Source: Amoebophrya sp. A120 (Eukaryota > Protista > Dinoflagellata). From it: a stretch of DNA of 64,000 nt. Shown one piece after another: positions 36,901 through 51,900 of this stretch. Numbering within the stretch: position 1 is the stretch's first letter; every line of letters begins with the position of its first letter. The notes below the pieces were generated by a model. The model made no database searches, was not told the DNA's origin, and worked only from the letters and a program-made list of their open reading frames with translations. The stretch covers positions 7,122,989-7,186,988 of the forward strand of contig CAJINV010000005.1 in the NCBI GenBank assembly GCA_905178155.1, in the 5' to 3' direction. The position numbers and the translations under genes were made by a program.

Positions 36901-39900
36901 GACTAACCCTTCAAGGCCACGCCGAAGCTCCACCTTGCTCGCGGGCTTGGATGGTAAGGGGGTTCTGCCACACGTAGCGCCCACTGGTCGTAGTTACGCG
37001 TAAGCAATCGATAGCGGTTTTGCGGCTGCGGTCGGGTGGTAGTTAGGAAGTGGATCGGGTATCCACCTAGGGGTATCGGCAGAGGCTAAATCTGTTCTAA
37101 CGCCCAGGCATTGGCAGAGGCTAAATCTGTTCTAACGCCAACCCGCCAGGAGTTAAATGGTTACTACTACTACTGCATCACAGAAAAATGGAGCTCTTGG
37201 GCAACGTGCATGACATTTTTACATTTGATAAAGCGGGAGAAAAAGCAAAAGTGGATGGAACTGAAATGGCAGGGGAAGTTGCTGCAGAAGAAACGGTATC
37301 CTGTGCAAAAGTATCGTACTCGTACAAATGCAAGTCTTGCATTACAAATTTCATTGTCAAGCCAAATCAGCATTGCAAATTTTAATTCTCATACTGAGGA
37401 AATTTGTAATGCATTTATACGAGTACCACGATACTTCTGCAGTTCATAAACGAGGCAAGGACGGGAAGCTGGTCGTCGTTTCTGATAAGAAGGGAGGCGA
37501 CGCAGGGGTGGAGCAGCAGCGAGAAGCAGAAGGAGATGGGAACAACAGAGACTCGTCCTGCGATAAAAACCCTCTGAAGCAGCAGCTCGCAGCTCCTCTC
37601 ACCGGTCTGACAGACGACCCGAAGGTCCTAGACGAACAGAACCCGCTATGATAGTGCAGAATTTCTCTCCGTCCCCCTCATTTGTCATGCAAAACCGCAA
37701 ATCCAATCGCTGCCTTGTGGGACTGTTTGCATGACAAATTTCGGAATCTACCCGAACAGTACTACACTAGATACACAAATTTGTCACGCATAGGCTCCAT
37801 GTGTACTGGTGTTTGTATTGCTCTTCATGCTAGGATACGAATGAGGGGGAGGGGAGTAGTTTCGCACCCTCATACTCGCCGCATGTTCTCGTCGCACGGA
37901 CCAAGGATTTCATTATTTTCCGGCCTAATGACGAGGAAGAGAAGAGAGACCGGCAAAAAAGGGTGAGGTGTGAAGAGAAAGAGGAAAAAATGAAAAACAA
38001 CGAGCCTGTCAGTGACTGGCACGACAGCGAGATCGAGTGGGTCCAGGCGGAAAAGAAGAGAACCGAGCTGCCGCGGGGACAAACGCCGGACGACGGGGGC
38101 GAGGAAGAAATGGACGCGAAACTCTACGAGTATGGCACGGATGAAGAGGACGTGTTTAATGGAGAAGTGTTTCACAAAGACGAGCAGGGAAATCCGGTGA
38201 AGGAAGAACACATTCTATCACAACAAAAAACTGTTTCACGTGTGAACTTATGATGCAGAAAATGGAACACAGAACTATTTGTCTTGCTACACAAGCAAGT
38301 AGACATTGGATTTTCAAGGGTCTTTTCCCTTGGGAGGCGCGCATGACAAACTTTCAGTGTAATGTGGGACAAACTTGTGATGCAGATTATCTGCAAAATC
38401 ATATATCATCACAGTGAAGCAGTTTTCTGTCGTGGGATACCTTCCGGACTCTTGCTACGACTCCTCAGAGCTTCTATCCCTTGCCGATCTCGAGGAAAGG
38501 GAGGCAATACGGTTGAATGACGACTACGATTGGGGCGCATGGGGCGATGACGAAGAGGGGGAAACACAAACAGCCCCAACATCGAAGGAGCCCCTCCAGC
38601 CGACTTCTACTTCCGTCCAGCCCATTGAACAAGCAGAGCAAGTGTCATCTGTGATTCAGAACTGCGATCTTTTGGGGATAGAAGAGCCTCCTGCGGGTGA
38701 CCTCGCTGTCCTCCAGCCCGAGGTACTAGACAAGGGCGCAACTACTACTTCGCTGAACCCCACCACTTCCTCTTCCAAGGGAACAAATAAGGGCGACGGG
38801 AAGAAGGGCAATAAAATGGAAGATCAGCATGCTCCTAACACAACATCAGTAACAAAGACAAACTGTGCCAGTGATGCGGATCCAAATGCAGCGGGAAGCG
38901 ATAGTACTGAGGAAGACTCCTCCGATGCGGATCCCTATGTCCCTACCCACGACATTCCAATCTTACCCAAAACGGTAGTCACCACGGCGGAGGCAAAGCC
39001 CGGCAAGCTGCTTTCTTCTAGGACGAGCAAGAAAGCACCGCGTCGACATAAAAAAAGCAAGCCGAACCACGACAGCTCTGATTCTGAAGACTCGGAAACC
39101 TACAGCGATTTTTGCAGTTCTGAATCCGAACCGGGTACCAGCGATTTCGAGACCACGAGCTGCGACGACTCCGATGGGCTTCCCATGCTGAAGAGCAAAG
39201 ACAAGGCTTTATTTGAGGACTCCGACAGTTCTTGCAAGAAGTCGGAGGATGATAAAGATAAGAAGAAGTCGGGCAACAAGAAGGGACGTCGAGGCAGCGA
39301 GGGAAGCTCCTCTTCCACGGAATCGAATAGTTCGGGTGGCGACGACGAGGACGACGAGTATAACCCATCCGATTGGGACTTTATCCAAAAAAAAAACTGT
39401 GGTACTAACTGGTGTAGGTCCTCTCGTGGAGTGACAGCACCACGGATCTGCTTCTTCTCTGCATGACACAAGAATCCTGTCATGCACAGCTACTACGTGA
39501 AACCGCATATACAATAGGATTTCACGGCTGGCTAGCATGACAAGTGTACCTGTGTTGCACCAGCATGCTTTGCACTTCTAGCATTACACACAGTTTTTTT
39601 CTTGCATAGACTCCTATGAGGATTCGGAGGATTCCGAGGAGGACGACGATGGGGAAGATGACGAGGGCGCCCAGGAGGCGGTTCAGGAGGCGTCCGACCC
39701 GGCGGATTTTAAGGATTTCTACCTCGACGACTGGAAGGATTTTTCCCAGGAAGACTATGGATGTGTCAGAGTTGAAATCGACAAAGTTGAAATAACTTGC
39801 AATGCATAAAATCGATGCCAGTTGCAAGCCCAATGTCTAAGCGGCGCATGACAAATTTGAGTAGAGCCGAAGTCCAGTTTGTAATGCTGTTTGGGTAAGG

Positions 39901-42900
39901 AAGATGCCTGCTGTCATGCTACTTCAGCAGCTCTATTTCTACCCCGAAACAGGCTGACAATCTGCCTCCCTTGCCTGCTCTGCAAGACAGGCGCTTTCTG
40001 CGTTGCATTTTATGCATGACAAACTACTTCAACTTTGACGATTTCAAACCTGACAGCTCCATAAAGACCTCGAGCGGGTGATGCGGCAGAAGCGGTACGA
40101 ATTCCCCATGATAACCCCGATTCTGCAGGGAGAAGAGGGCGCCGGGGGGGATAGCGACGAGGATGAGGATGCTGTAGCTGCGCCAGTAGTTGCGGTGTTT
40201 GACGGCAATCAGAGCGGTGGTCCGGCGACCCAGGTGGACAAGAAAAACGAATTCATCAAAGACATCATCTTCGGCAACTCCAGCGACTTCTACGACAACA
40301 TTCACAATCAGGCCATTAACAGTCAGTTCCTGAGAGACAGACCTCACTTATTCAGTTCTCTGGCCAAGGCGCAGAAGGAGAAAATTCTGGCAAATGCGCA
40401 CACGGGCGCGGCCGCCGCGATTGGCGCTGCTGCAAATGGTATCGCCAGAAAAAACTGTTTCACAGTAAACTTGTAATGCAGAAAATGCATCTCGCAAGTG
40501 TTTGTCTTGCTACACATGCAAGACAGTGGTGGATTTTTAGCTGTGTTTCCCATAGGAACCTTGCATGGCAAATTTTCTCTGTTATGTAGAACAAACTTGT
40601 GATGCAAAACCTGCAAGATCCTTACAGTGAAACACGTTTTTCGTACGATAAATGGGAAAAAGGGGACGAAGAATAAGAGCGATAGAAATGGGGACAAAAA
40701 TAACAATGACAAAACACCGGCACTTGAAGACATCACGTTAGAGCAGCTCCAAGCCTGTCAGTTTTCCGGTCACCCCTCGGAATTTCCCATGCCTATCAAA
40801 TGTAAGTAAAAATGTCTGGGTCTGGAAGAATGCAACTTGTGATGCTGAATCTGCATTATCCAAAGATCTGTATTGCATGAACAGCAAAAGAGGTCTGGTT
40901 CTAGCCACGGCGAGAGGGCATTTCTCATGCGGTATAGGCATCAGAAAGCCCTCACAAGATCTGTGATGCTAGGCATGCATCGCAGACATCAGGAGTCATG
41001 CAAAATGTGCATGACAAACCTTGCATCCTTCCAGACCCAGACATTTTTGCATTTGATAATGCCCGCGCACATGAGATTGTTGGTCGAGACGGGATATCCT
41101 GTGCAAAAGTATCGTACTCGTTGTAATCGCATTTTTGCATCACAAATCCACTTGTTAAGGTAAATCCGCATTACAAATTAAATTTGTAATGCTAAGCCAA
41201 TTTGTATTGCGATTTGTAGTACTAGTACGATACTTCTTTTGCAATCCATACGGGAAAAATTGCGTTTTCCGGCAGGGTGGACGAGAATGTAGTTTGCGAC
41301 CTGTCCCTGTACCAGATGCGGCAATTCTGCAAGGACATGCTGTCCAAGGCGGGGATGAAAAATGCCGCCGTGAGATTTTTGGTAAACTTATTCAGAGGAA
41401 AAACCCCCCCTCCCCATATCGAAAGGAAGTTTCTGATGCTGGATTTGCGTACACAAATCAGGTCTGTCTTGCGGTAGAGGACTGTAGGCCCATGCCAAAC
41501 CTAAGTAGCAGAGTTTTGACGTAGGCGCGTAGCATGGCAAATGTGTACTCTGTGGGTCCCATAGCATCACAAACCGCCTGAAAAAAGCGGGGGAGTCGCT
41601 GGATTGGCCTTCTTGCAATACAGAGACGATCTGTGTCCACAAATCAGCATCGCAAATTTTCAGAAGTATCCCTTTTCGGTATGGGGAGGGGGGATTTTTC
41701 CTCACGATAGCACTCCGCTGCGAATGTGAGCAACAAGAACGCAAAGCAGTTGAAGTTAGAGGAGTTACTGGCGAAACGGCGAAAAGTTTTGGAAAAGGAA
41801 GGCCGATTGGAAGAGCATGAATTACTGGAAGATTTAGAAGAATTCCGGGAGGCGAACCGCATTCAGGCTGAGATTGAGCGGAATCAACAAGCTTACGACT
41901 CGAAGTTTTACGGGAATAATGCAAACTGTGGGGACGATGACGAGGACGAGGATGATTCAGACGTATGAACTGCAAATAATTATCGTACTGGTATAAATGC
42001 ATGAGAAATTCCATCAGCATGAGAAAATTGTATTGCGGATCTACCTTGAGAAAAAAACTTGTAGTGCACGATTGCAATACGAGTGCGATGCTTTTGTAAT
42101 GCATAAAACGCGGACTCTGACGATTCTGAAGTGAAGGAGAAATTCTTCGAGGCGCAAGCTAAAGCTGCAGGAAAACAGGACGGCAATAACGATGAGGACG
42201 ACCACGGTGACACCAGCGGTTTATCAACTGCAAAAATGTCTGGGTCGGGAAGAGTCGGGGCTTGTCATGCACATTTTGCATGACTCGTGAGGTCTGTGAT
42301 GCTGGTGCTAGCATCACGGATTTTTTGAGAGCTTGTTGATGCTAATCACGCATGAGAAATGCTCTCTCCGCGTGGTGCCAAGAACTGACTCCTCTTGCTG
42401 CTCATGCAACACAGACGTTTCGAGAATCCGCAGACAGCATTACAAGTTCCACTCTTCCAGACCCAGACATATTTGCAATCCATACGGTTCCTCTGACAAC
42501 GATTCGGTAGATCCGAGGATGGCGAATGATCCGTTTTGTTCGGAAGAAAGCGAGGATTTTGACCAGTTTCGCGATGGTGTATCTATCGTAAATTTATTCC
42601 CATACACGTACAAAAACAAATGCAGTCTCTGCATGACAAAACTTAGCTTCGATCCTAGTTTGGCATGACAAGTTTTGCACTCCAAATTGATGAAATTTGT
42701 GATGCATCTTGTACATGCACGGGGGGAAATTTCTATTGCATACGGCGAATTCGAATTCGCTGACGACCGCTGCGAAAAGTTTGCGCACAAAATCGGGATC
42801 GCATTGATCCCGAAAGCCCATCGGATGGGACAGTTTGTGAATTTGAGGGAAAAGCTGCGCAAGATGGAGGAGGAGAGGGATCGCGATCGGAAAGGTCTGT

Positions 42901-45900
42901 TGGCAGCTCTTCAGGACAAGAAGAAGAACACAACTGCCGGTGTGTGTGGACGCACGGACTACACGGACAGCACAGGCACGGGAAGTGAAATTGTCGCGAA
43001 CATCACGGAGCAATCTTCGGCAACTCCGAATGTTGCCGTTGCCCCGCTGGAAGTTGTAGCTGCTCCTTGTTTTGAAATGGTGGACCAAGAGCTGCAAGTA
43101 TGTGAACTACAAGCGCTGGAGGAGGTGCCCAGCGCGGTACCAGCCAAAGACGAAGACCCCTGCTCTTCTACTAGCGGGGGTGAAGAAGTTGAAGAAGTAG
43201 TAGACGAAGTAGAAGCTCCACGTCCGCCTGAAGATCACGACAGCGACTTTGAGCAGTGGGTGGCAGACAGCATCAGAAATTACAACTTTGACGACGAGGA
43301 GGAGGACTTCTCCGATTCTACTTCTTCCTCGAGCTGCTCAAGTGCAGCTGCGCCGGACAACCAGGACCACGATAATTCTCCGCTGCACGACCACGACCAT
43401 CTCGTCAACGGTGACGAGGTTGTGGTGCAAGAAGAAAAATCCGTAGTACCAGTCGTCGATGAAGAAGATCTTCGACAAACGATCTACGAGAACAGCATCG
43501 AGACAAGACTGAAAGAGCTGCTTGGGGAAGCCGATTTTGAAGTTTACTGCAAAGATATGCAGGAGTTGTTGGATAGGAAATTGCTCATGGACGAGATGAA
43601 ATTGAAAACTGGTGATCCACCAGCTGCATCTGAACAAGAAGAAGAAGTAGAACAAGATGAGAGTACTAAACTCGTCGCCTTTGTGAAAAAAGCGCTGAAG
43701 CCACCGGAAATCAAGATTTTGCGGCAAATCTGCAAATTGGAAAAAGCTTGGAGCAAGCATCTTCGGATAAAGCAGGGCGGAGGGCGAATATCAAAGCCGC
43801 GTGAGCGAAACTGCAAGGGTCTGGGTGTCCAAGAGGACGCCGGCCCCGCCACGATTATGGTCGAAGAGACAGAAGACAGTGACAGCTTGCTGAATTCATC
43901 ATCATCCTCGGAGTCAATTGGTGGATTCGAACTTGCAAACGTGTTCAGTTCATCTTCATCCTCGGCGTCAACTGGTGGATTCGATGTTGCAAACAGGACG
44001 AGCAGTGGCGACGACGATGGAAATGATGCAATAACCTACGATGAGGATTTTTGGAGCTCCGACTACGACTTTGGATTCGAGCACCAGAATTTCGAAGATA
44101 GCATTTTCTCATCGCCAGCAGAAAGCGTCGAACTACCGCTACAACAAGAATTTTTATCGGTTGTGCAAGAACATCAGATGCCACCTTCATCTTCTTCAAG
44201 AACTTCTGCCACTGCGCAGCGAACCGCGCCATCTTCACTTCATGCGCAAAAAGGGGCGCTGCGGCTGCCAGTGCCAGTGAACAAGAACAGTGGTAGCTGC
44301 AGTTTTTCCGCTTGCAGTTCTGCCCGAGAGCAGGAAGTTGTGCGATTGTTGCACAAGAGGAAGCAGAAAGATGGATCTTCTAGCGGCTGGTGCGAAGCAG
44401 GTGCATTGTCACCTTCGAGACAACATCTTCGAGGAAGCAAAAAGCAAAAGAAAACGACCCTAGGGATGATCGGCTACGACCAGGTGGAAGATGAACATCA
44501 AGCACAAGCGACTTATTCCCTCTCGACCGCGATTCCGACCCACGTCCAGCACCAGTTTCTTGACCGCTACGTGACAAGACTCTTTGAGAAAACAAACGCC
44601 TTTTGCCGCAACACGTGTCCACAAGTAGTGGGGCCTCCACGAATTGCACCGGCGTGGTCCTCGAGAGGCGGAGCAAAAGAAAGCTTTTCTTGTGTCGGCG
44701 CCACTACTATTTCCACGAAAAACGCCCCCGCCTCGGACCCGAACATCCTGCCCATCGGCCCCGGTTGGCCCAAGTGGTACCGAGATGCGTACGAAAAATA
44801 CAGCTATCCTGTGCAAAAGTATCGTACTCGTAGTAATCGCAGTCACGCATTACAAATCTCCCTCCTAAGCTAAATCCGCATTACAAATTCCATTTTTCAC
44901 GCTGAGGGAATTTGTCATGCGATTTATACTAGTACGATGCTTTTGCAGTTCATAACAGCACCAAGCAGCGCGAGTTTGGGTCGAAGGTGAAGTTGTTGCG
45001 GAAATGGGTGAAAAAAGAACTTCCGGTGGATAAAACTTGCTCGGGAATGCAGAAGAAGATCATCCGACAGATTATCAACTGCAAAAGTGTCTGGCTCTGG
45101 AAGATTGCAACTTGTCATGCTGCATCTGAATCGCGATCGTGGAAATATTTGTGTTGCATGATTCCCAAAAGAGGCTCACTACTTTTGAACAAGTTTAGAG
45201 GCAGTTTCTGATGCAGGAAAGGCATGATAGAGAACTCACAGAACCTGTCATGCTAGGCCGTGCATACAAGACCGCGTGGGTCATGGAGAACCTGCATGAC
45301 AAACCTAGCAATCTTTCAGACCCAGACATATTTGCATTTGATAGAGATCTACGAAATGCAAGTCAAAGGTCTGCCGTACGCGTATATTTGTGAGGATGGT
45401 CGTGATAGTGCCAGTGAAGACTATAGCTGCGACGAGGAGGAGGAGGATTGTGCTGACACAAGTTCCAATTCGAGTTCTGGTTTATCCAGGTCCAGCTTCG
45501 CTGTAAAAACGTCAGCACGCGGCACCACAAAGAGGAAAACCACTGAAAATAACACCCCGCTGCACCTTTGCTACTACGACCAGCGGTTCACCTCCTGGGA
45601 TCCCTTTGCAAAGCTCAACGGCACCTTCGCACTCTTGACCGCAGTGCTGGCACAGGGGGCGCGATCCTCCTGGGCACAAGAAGAGGCGTTGACCAAGGCA
45701 TTGCGCTCGTGCGCAGTAGATACGGGAATAATAAATGCAGAACAAGCAGTTCTAGACACCAAGGCAAGGCTAGCGCCCGCAGCCACCTCTTGCGCGTCCT
45801 CCTCGGGGGGAGCGTGGTCGTCGGAATATAATATCGATGCTGCATCACATTCACAAGCAGGGGAATTTTTGCATCCTCCCTCTCCAGCGGCCGTTTCAAC

Positions 45901-48900
45901 CACGCGGAATGCGAACAGCGCGGGCCGGAATATTAAACGGGAAGATCATGAAGAACAACAAGTGCACGACGATGATAAAAAACCTCTTTTGACTCACAAA
46001 AACTGGCACCGGGGGACGAGGTACGAGAATCTGAAGAGAAAGTCTGAGGAGTTCCCCTTGTCTTCCACCCCGTGGAGCCCGTACTACAAAGGCTACCAGG
46101 CGCTGCGAACGGGCGTCTTGAAGCACTTGCCCGGTAGCAACTTGTACTGGAGCAAGATGGAGGCCGAAAATTTGGTCCAAACGGAGACCACCTACGGAGC
46201 AGGCTGTAATGTAGTTGAGGACAGCACGACCACTTCTGGCGGAGTACTAGAACAAGCCGGAACTACTGCCTTGTTGGTGAAAAAGCACCACATCACGGGC
46301 TCTTTCGCTACCATTTCTCAAAAGCGCCAGGACCCGTGGAGTTCGATTTGGATTACCCCGGCCTGCCCTAAGATTGCGGATCAGGTTGGACTGGTCAAGA
46401 ATGTGCAACGTCGTTTTGCTAGGCCGAAAAATAGTAAACTCGATCCCAATTCCAAGGAAGAGTACCAGTTCCTTGGCCGAGGGAAACACGCGTTGCTGGA
46501 CAGCAAAAACTTTCTGGAACGCCGCCTGGATGAGATCGGGCAGGCGCAGTGGGAGGACGAGGAAAGGCGACGTCACGATGATGTTCTTACGCACAGAGGA
46601 CACCAGACGGAGGTGGAGGCAAGAACTGCCTCTAACTTGTTTTATCAAGAGGACAAGCATAAGCCTGCCCCCGGCGCCCCTCGTGGAGCGGCAAATGAAG
46701 CTGAAGCAGCTACTTCCGCAGGAAAAATATACAAGTTTCGAAAATTGTCCTTCCCGACGATTTTTAACGACAATTTGTTTGACGAACACGAACTGCCACA
46801 ACGACAACCACAAAAACTTTCGGGTGGTGGTGGTGCTGGACCTGCAGGCAGGGGCACCAGCCCAGCAATACAAACTGCAGCAGGAATTATAAAGGCAACC
46901 TCGGCCTTTTCGCCCCGTTGGGCAGATATGTCGGACTTCAGTGACGATGAAGAGGAAATCAAGTTGCTCCGACCAAGCTTTTCGATCTCGCAGGCGGGTG
47001 GTGCAGCCAACAGATTATCTTCGGCGAAGAATGTTCTTGGTGCGCCGTTAGTACCAGACGGCACGACTGCGTATTCGATACCAGCATCGCGCCAAATCGA
47101 CCGCGTGCTCCATCCAAGTGAAAAGCTTTTCGACGATTATCGGCGGGAGTTCGAAGCGGAGTACCGGGACGGGCCCAGCCGCGCAGCCGCCGCGGGCTTG
47201 GACCAACTCTTTGGGGCGGCACCCGGTCGGGACGGTTCGTCACACGTGCTAGACGATTCACCTTCCATACAAGACGCGCGAAAGAACACCATGAACTACC
47301 CATCGTCGACCTCATCGTCCACTTCTTTTATCAATCTGTTCGGGCACCCGAATATGCACTTGCACAACGATCAGAAGTTCCGGCAGTTGCGCGTCTTCCG
47401 CGGGCAAAAATTTCCCTGTTTGCCGGTGCGCCTGACGAAGCAGGTTGGCGGGCTGTTAACGACGGAAAAAACAACGTTTGGGATGAAAGCTGGCTCTCCT
47501 GCTGCAGACCGGGGAAATAAGAGCAAGAACCTGTCATCGAAAGAAGATCCTAGTTCATCTTGCAATAAGTTCTTCAAAAGGAGTAGTTGTCGCCACCATT
47601 TAGAAGCCCACTTTGTCCCAGGCTGCAGTTGGAATGACTACTTTCACACGGACCTACGCCCAGCGGAGCAGGCCCAGTTTGTGAATTTTCACGACTACAA
47701 CTTGGAATTTCCCGGTGAGCAAAACGGTGGTCCTCCTGTAGAAGTTGCTGGGCGGGAGATCGACGATGGCGGCCACTCAACACTACGCAGGTCCTCGCCG
47801 TCACGCTGGCGCGGCCCTAACGAGGACGACGACGACGACCGCCGTTCTTGCACTTCTTCTCCTACGACTGCTGCTGTAACTGCATTTCAGCGCAGGAAAC
47901 GCTACCAGCTTCTGGCAACTGTCTTTAATCTCGACTTTGCGCAACAGGTGAAAGGGTATCGACGATTTTTTTCTCAGTTCCATTCAGGAGGGGGCGCGGG
48001 GGAGGTTGATGGAAGTTGTCGTCCACACGACCTCGAACTGGAAATCAAAACTGTGCAAAACGCGTCTGATGCCCCAGTGGACTTTACCGTGTTTTCGGTC
48101 ATTCAGAACAACGACGTGACAAATGCAAATACTTTCGACTCGTCTGGTGATGGTGCTCCAGAGCAGCCGGAAGAGCTCGCCACACTGGAGCACGAGTACG
48201 ACAGTGAAAGTCTTGCGGGACCTACTTCGTCTGACGAAGCAGGGGAAGGCAGGATGGGAACCACGCCGAGAACTGAAGAGGAGCTGGTTCCTCTCAGAAG
48301 CACGGAAGATGTTGGTGGACCTGCTGTTCTTGCTACAGAAGGATCGCTTTCACCTGGACTCCAGACTACTTCGCAAGAAGAACTGCAACTAATGAAAGGG
48401 GGCCAGAGCAACTACATCAACTACAAGGGCCGCCCTGCAGTAGAATCTTCGAGGAGAGAACGCAAATCGCCAATTCTGCGGCACCTGATTGCCCTGGTTT
48501 TCGGTGGAAGCAGAAGAAAGCGAGCGCAAGAAAGCCGTCGTCGTCTTCACGGAGAGATGAAGATGAACAAAGCACTGGCAGACACTCCTGCAGCCACAAG
48601 CAGTGGCCTTGATGTTGAGAATGTTGACAATGATACGAAGTTGAAGCAGCTGTCAACATTCGAGATAAAAAACAGCACGACGAGCAGCTGCAAGAATGAC
48701 GCGCCGGCAGAAGAAATGCCTTCGCGGCCTCCATCAATCGTGAAGAAGAAGGACGAAAATAACGATCACGATGATGAGCTCCAGGTGGAACAAGAACGTA
48801 TGATGAAAACGCAAATGCAATTCGAAGAGATCGGCGTGAATGGCAGGACGAGGCTGATGCGATTGCTGAAGAAGGAACAAACGAGTTTGTACGAAAAGTT

Positions 48901-51900
48901 GCTCATGCGCGCCTTTTACACGTGCGCCGGGAACTATGAAGGTGGTCCAGGAGGAGGTCGGCACCACCAGCACGGTGGAGCTCAAAGTGCTGTTGGAAAT
49001 AAAGGAAAAAACAAAAATCATTCGACCACCGGGGTTGTTGATGTTCCCAAAAACACTCCGCAAGAACTCTCTGCGGTCATGCGGCAAAGTAAGCAACATG
49101 TTGACACCTCCTTCGCACATCAACCATCCCCGACATCAAAGCAAACCTCGATCAAGGAAATTCCCAAGTCCCTTCGCAACCTCACGTTTCCGTACGTGCT
49201 GCCACCCTTTCGCACATGGATGAAAATCCGCTCAGACGCCAAGAAGAACAATGGCCAGAAGCAAGAGAAACTCACGCACACGCAGCTGCAACACGACCTG
49301 GCGGACCACTGGCGCAAGCACTTCTTCGCGGACGAAGCGCGCGAGCTGGAGCAGATGGCGCTGAAAAAACTGGTATGGGAGCAGACAAATGGTCGACCGT
49401 GGCTGATTACGGAGAAGGAAGAAAAGCAGCTGTTGAAGCGAATCCAGATTGCCAGTTACAAATCGAACGCCGCCGCCGTGCTCGCCGCTGCTTCAGGAGG
49501 TCGCGGTACTACTGCGGTGCTGAGCAAAAATAAACTACAAGACAAGAAGAGCGCCAAAGTAGGCAAAGCGCTGGGTCTGCTAGACAACAAGAATAAAGAT
49601 CGTGCGGCAGGTGGCGAAAGGGAAGATGCAAAGCGAAAGCAGGGCGTCGAGGGGTTTGTTGCTGCTGCTGCTGTATCTGCTCGTCCGACGAGGAACAAAG
49701 CCGGACCGAACAAGGAGCGCAACAACCCAAATAATCCGAACGACGTGTCCTTCGACATCTCAAACGACAGCGCCCAGGACGATCACGGTGGAGTACTATC
49801 TCCTGCGGCTGCCTCACTGGACCAACAGAATGGGCAACAACTACAAGAGCAACAACTCAACCACTTTGCAGCTCCTCAGTACCTTTCCTACTTCACGAAT
49901 AAGGACCAGAATGGGATCTACGAAAAGCAAAATTGGCCGTGCCGCTCCCGCGAAGACTTCTGGGAGAAAATTCAGCTGCACACTATCCTGTGCAAAAGTA
50001 TCGTACTCGTATTGCAATCATGCATTACAAATTTTCTTTACAAGCCAAATCCGCATTACAAATTTTATTTCTCATGCTGAGGAGATTTGTAATGCATTTA
50101 TACGAGTGCGATACTTTTGCACTGTATACACACCGCCCAGCACCGATTTTTCAACCGGTATCTGGATTACTCTAGCGTGGACGACTTGAAAATTTACAAC
50201 GACATGATCCTAGACTACAAGCCGCTTAACGGGTGCCTGCCCCATGAATTAGAGACGATTCTAAGACTGCAACCGGTGGAAGACCGCGCGGCCCTGGTCT
50301 ACACTGCAATCAAGCCAAAGAAAAAAGAGTCCACCTCGTCGCAAGTAGCTGCCATTGCGGGAGCTGCTAGTGTGGCAAAAAACAAGTCACCGCGGAACAA
50401 CTATCACAGCGGGGGCCACCGGGAGGAGGTCGAGAAAGTCCGGTATAAGTTCAAGCAATTCGATATGGAAGTGCCAGAATCGAAATTGACAAAATCGAAA
50501 CATTTCCGATGCATAATATCGATACCAGTTGGAGTTGTTGGCGCCTCAGTTTCCAAGTGGCGCATGACAAATTTCGAGAGCACCAATAAAGTCCAGTCTG
50601 TCACGCTGTTTGGACAAAGAAAAAGACTGCTCCTGTCGTGCTATTCATCTGGCAGCTCGTTGCATCCCCCTAAACAGGGTTGCAACCGGTCTCATTTGCC
50701 TACTCCCCAACACAGGCCTTACCTGCCCTACATTTTATGTATTGCAAATTTTTCGATTTTGCCGATTTCGATTCTGACACATCCATATTCGATGTGGAAT
50801 CGCAGGAAAAGTGGTATTTCCTGGCCGACGATACGACGGAGCAGGAAAATTTTTGTTTCGCGGAAGAAATGTTCCCAGAAAGCGACGACGATGAGGGTTC
50901 AACATCCCAGTCGTCTTCTTCTGGCGCTGCGTCAAGTAGTGACGGTGAGGAAAGAACTTTTTCGACGACGTCGAAGACCACCGGCATGTCTAGAAAAATC
51001 GCGCAGCAGCGGCGGAAAATCGAAAGACTGAACCGCAAAATCGAAAAGAAGAGAAAGGCCATGATCGAGCGCCCCATGGGCCCGACGCACGATATGCCCC
51101 ACATATGGAAGGCAAATATGTCTGGGTCTGGGAGATTCTGAGACTTGTCATGCACGTTTTGCGTGACCCATGAGGTCTGTGATGCATGCCGTAGCACCAC
51201 GGGTTTCTTGAGGGATTCTTGATGCCTATTCCCCATGACAAACGCCCTCTCCGCGTAGTAAAAATGAGAATCCTTTTGCTGCTCATGCAACACAAATTTT
51301 TTAGACATCCAAATGCAGCATCACAAGATGCATTCTTTTTCTTCCAGACTGAGACACTTTTGCATTTGATACCACAAGAATTTTGACAACGAGGAATTTT
51401 CCGCCCAGGGCCTGCAGTGGAACAAGTGTGGGCTGGACAGGGGCTCAACTTTGAACACAATGCTAGAAGATTTCACAGAGGTGAAATTTCTCACCGCGGT
51501 TGCGAGTGCAAAGTCCACCTCGAGTGACAGCAAGCACAAACTGTGCGGCAGCACGTTGCTGCCCCGACGCCTTGCGTTTGATCTGTTCCTCTTGCAGTTA
51601 TGGCCCAACTACGATATTCCCGTGCAATACGTTTTGAACGCAATCGGCGAGCCGGTGCTTATTTCGGTGAAATTAGGCCGGGAGTGGATTCGGATCGTGG
51701 ATATCAATCTGCAAGTGATCAACGATATCAAATGCAAATATCCCACCTGGATGTCTGGAAGAATGCAACTTGTGATGCTGAATTTGGATTCTACAAAAAT
51801 CTGTACGGCGTGAACAGCAAAAGAGGTCCAGTTTTTGCCACTGTGAGAGGGCATTTCATATGGGGTATAGGCATCAGGAAGCCCTCACAAAATCTGTGAT

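Noticed and set aside
36903-36910. CTAACCCT as a telomerase RNA template
   Set aside because: Only 8 nt, expected by chance, with no supporting structure identifiable
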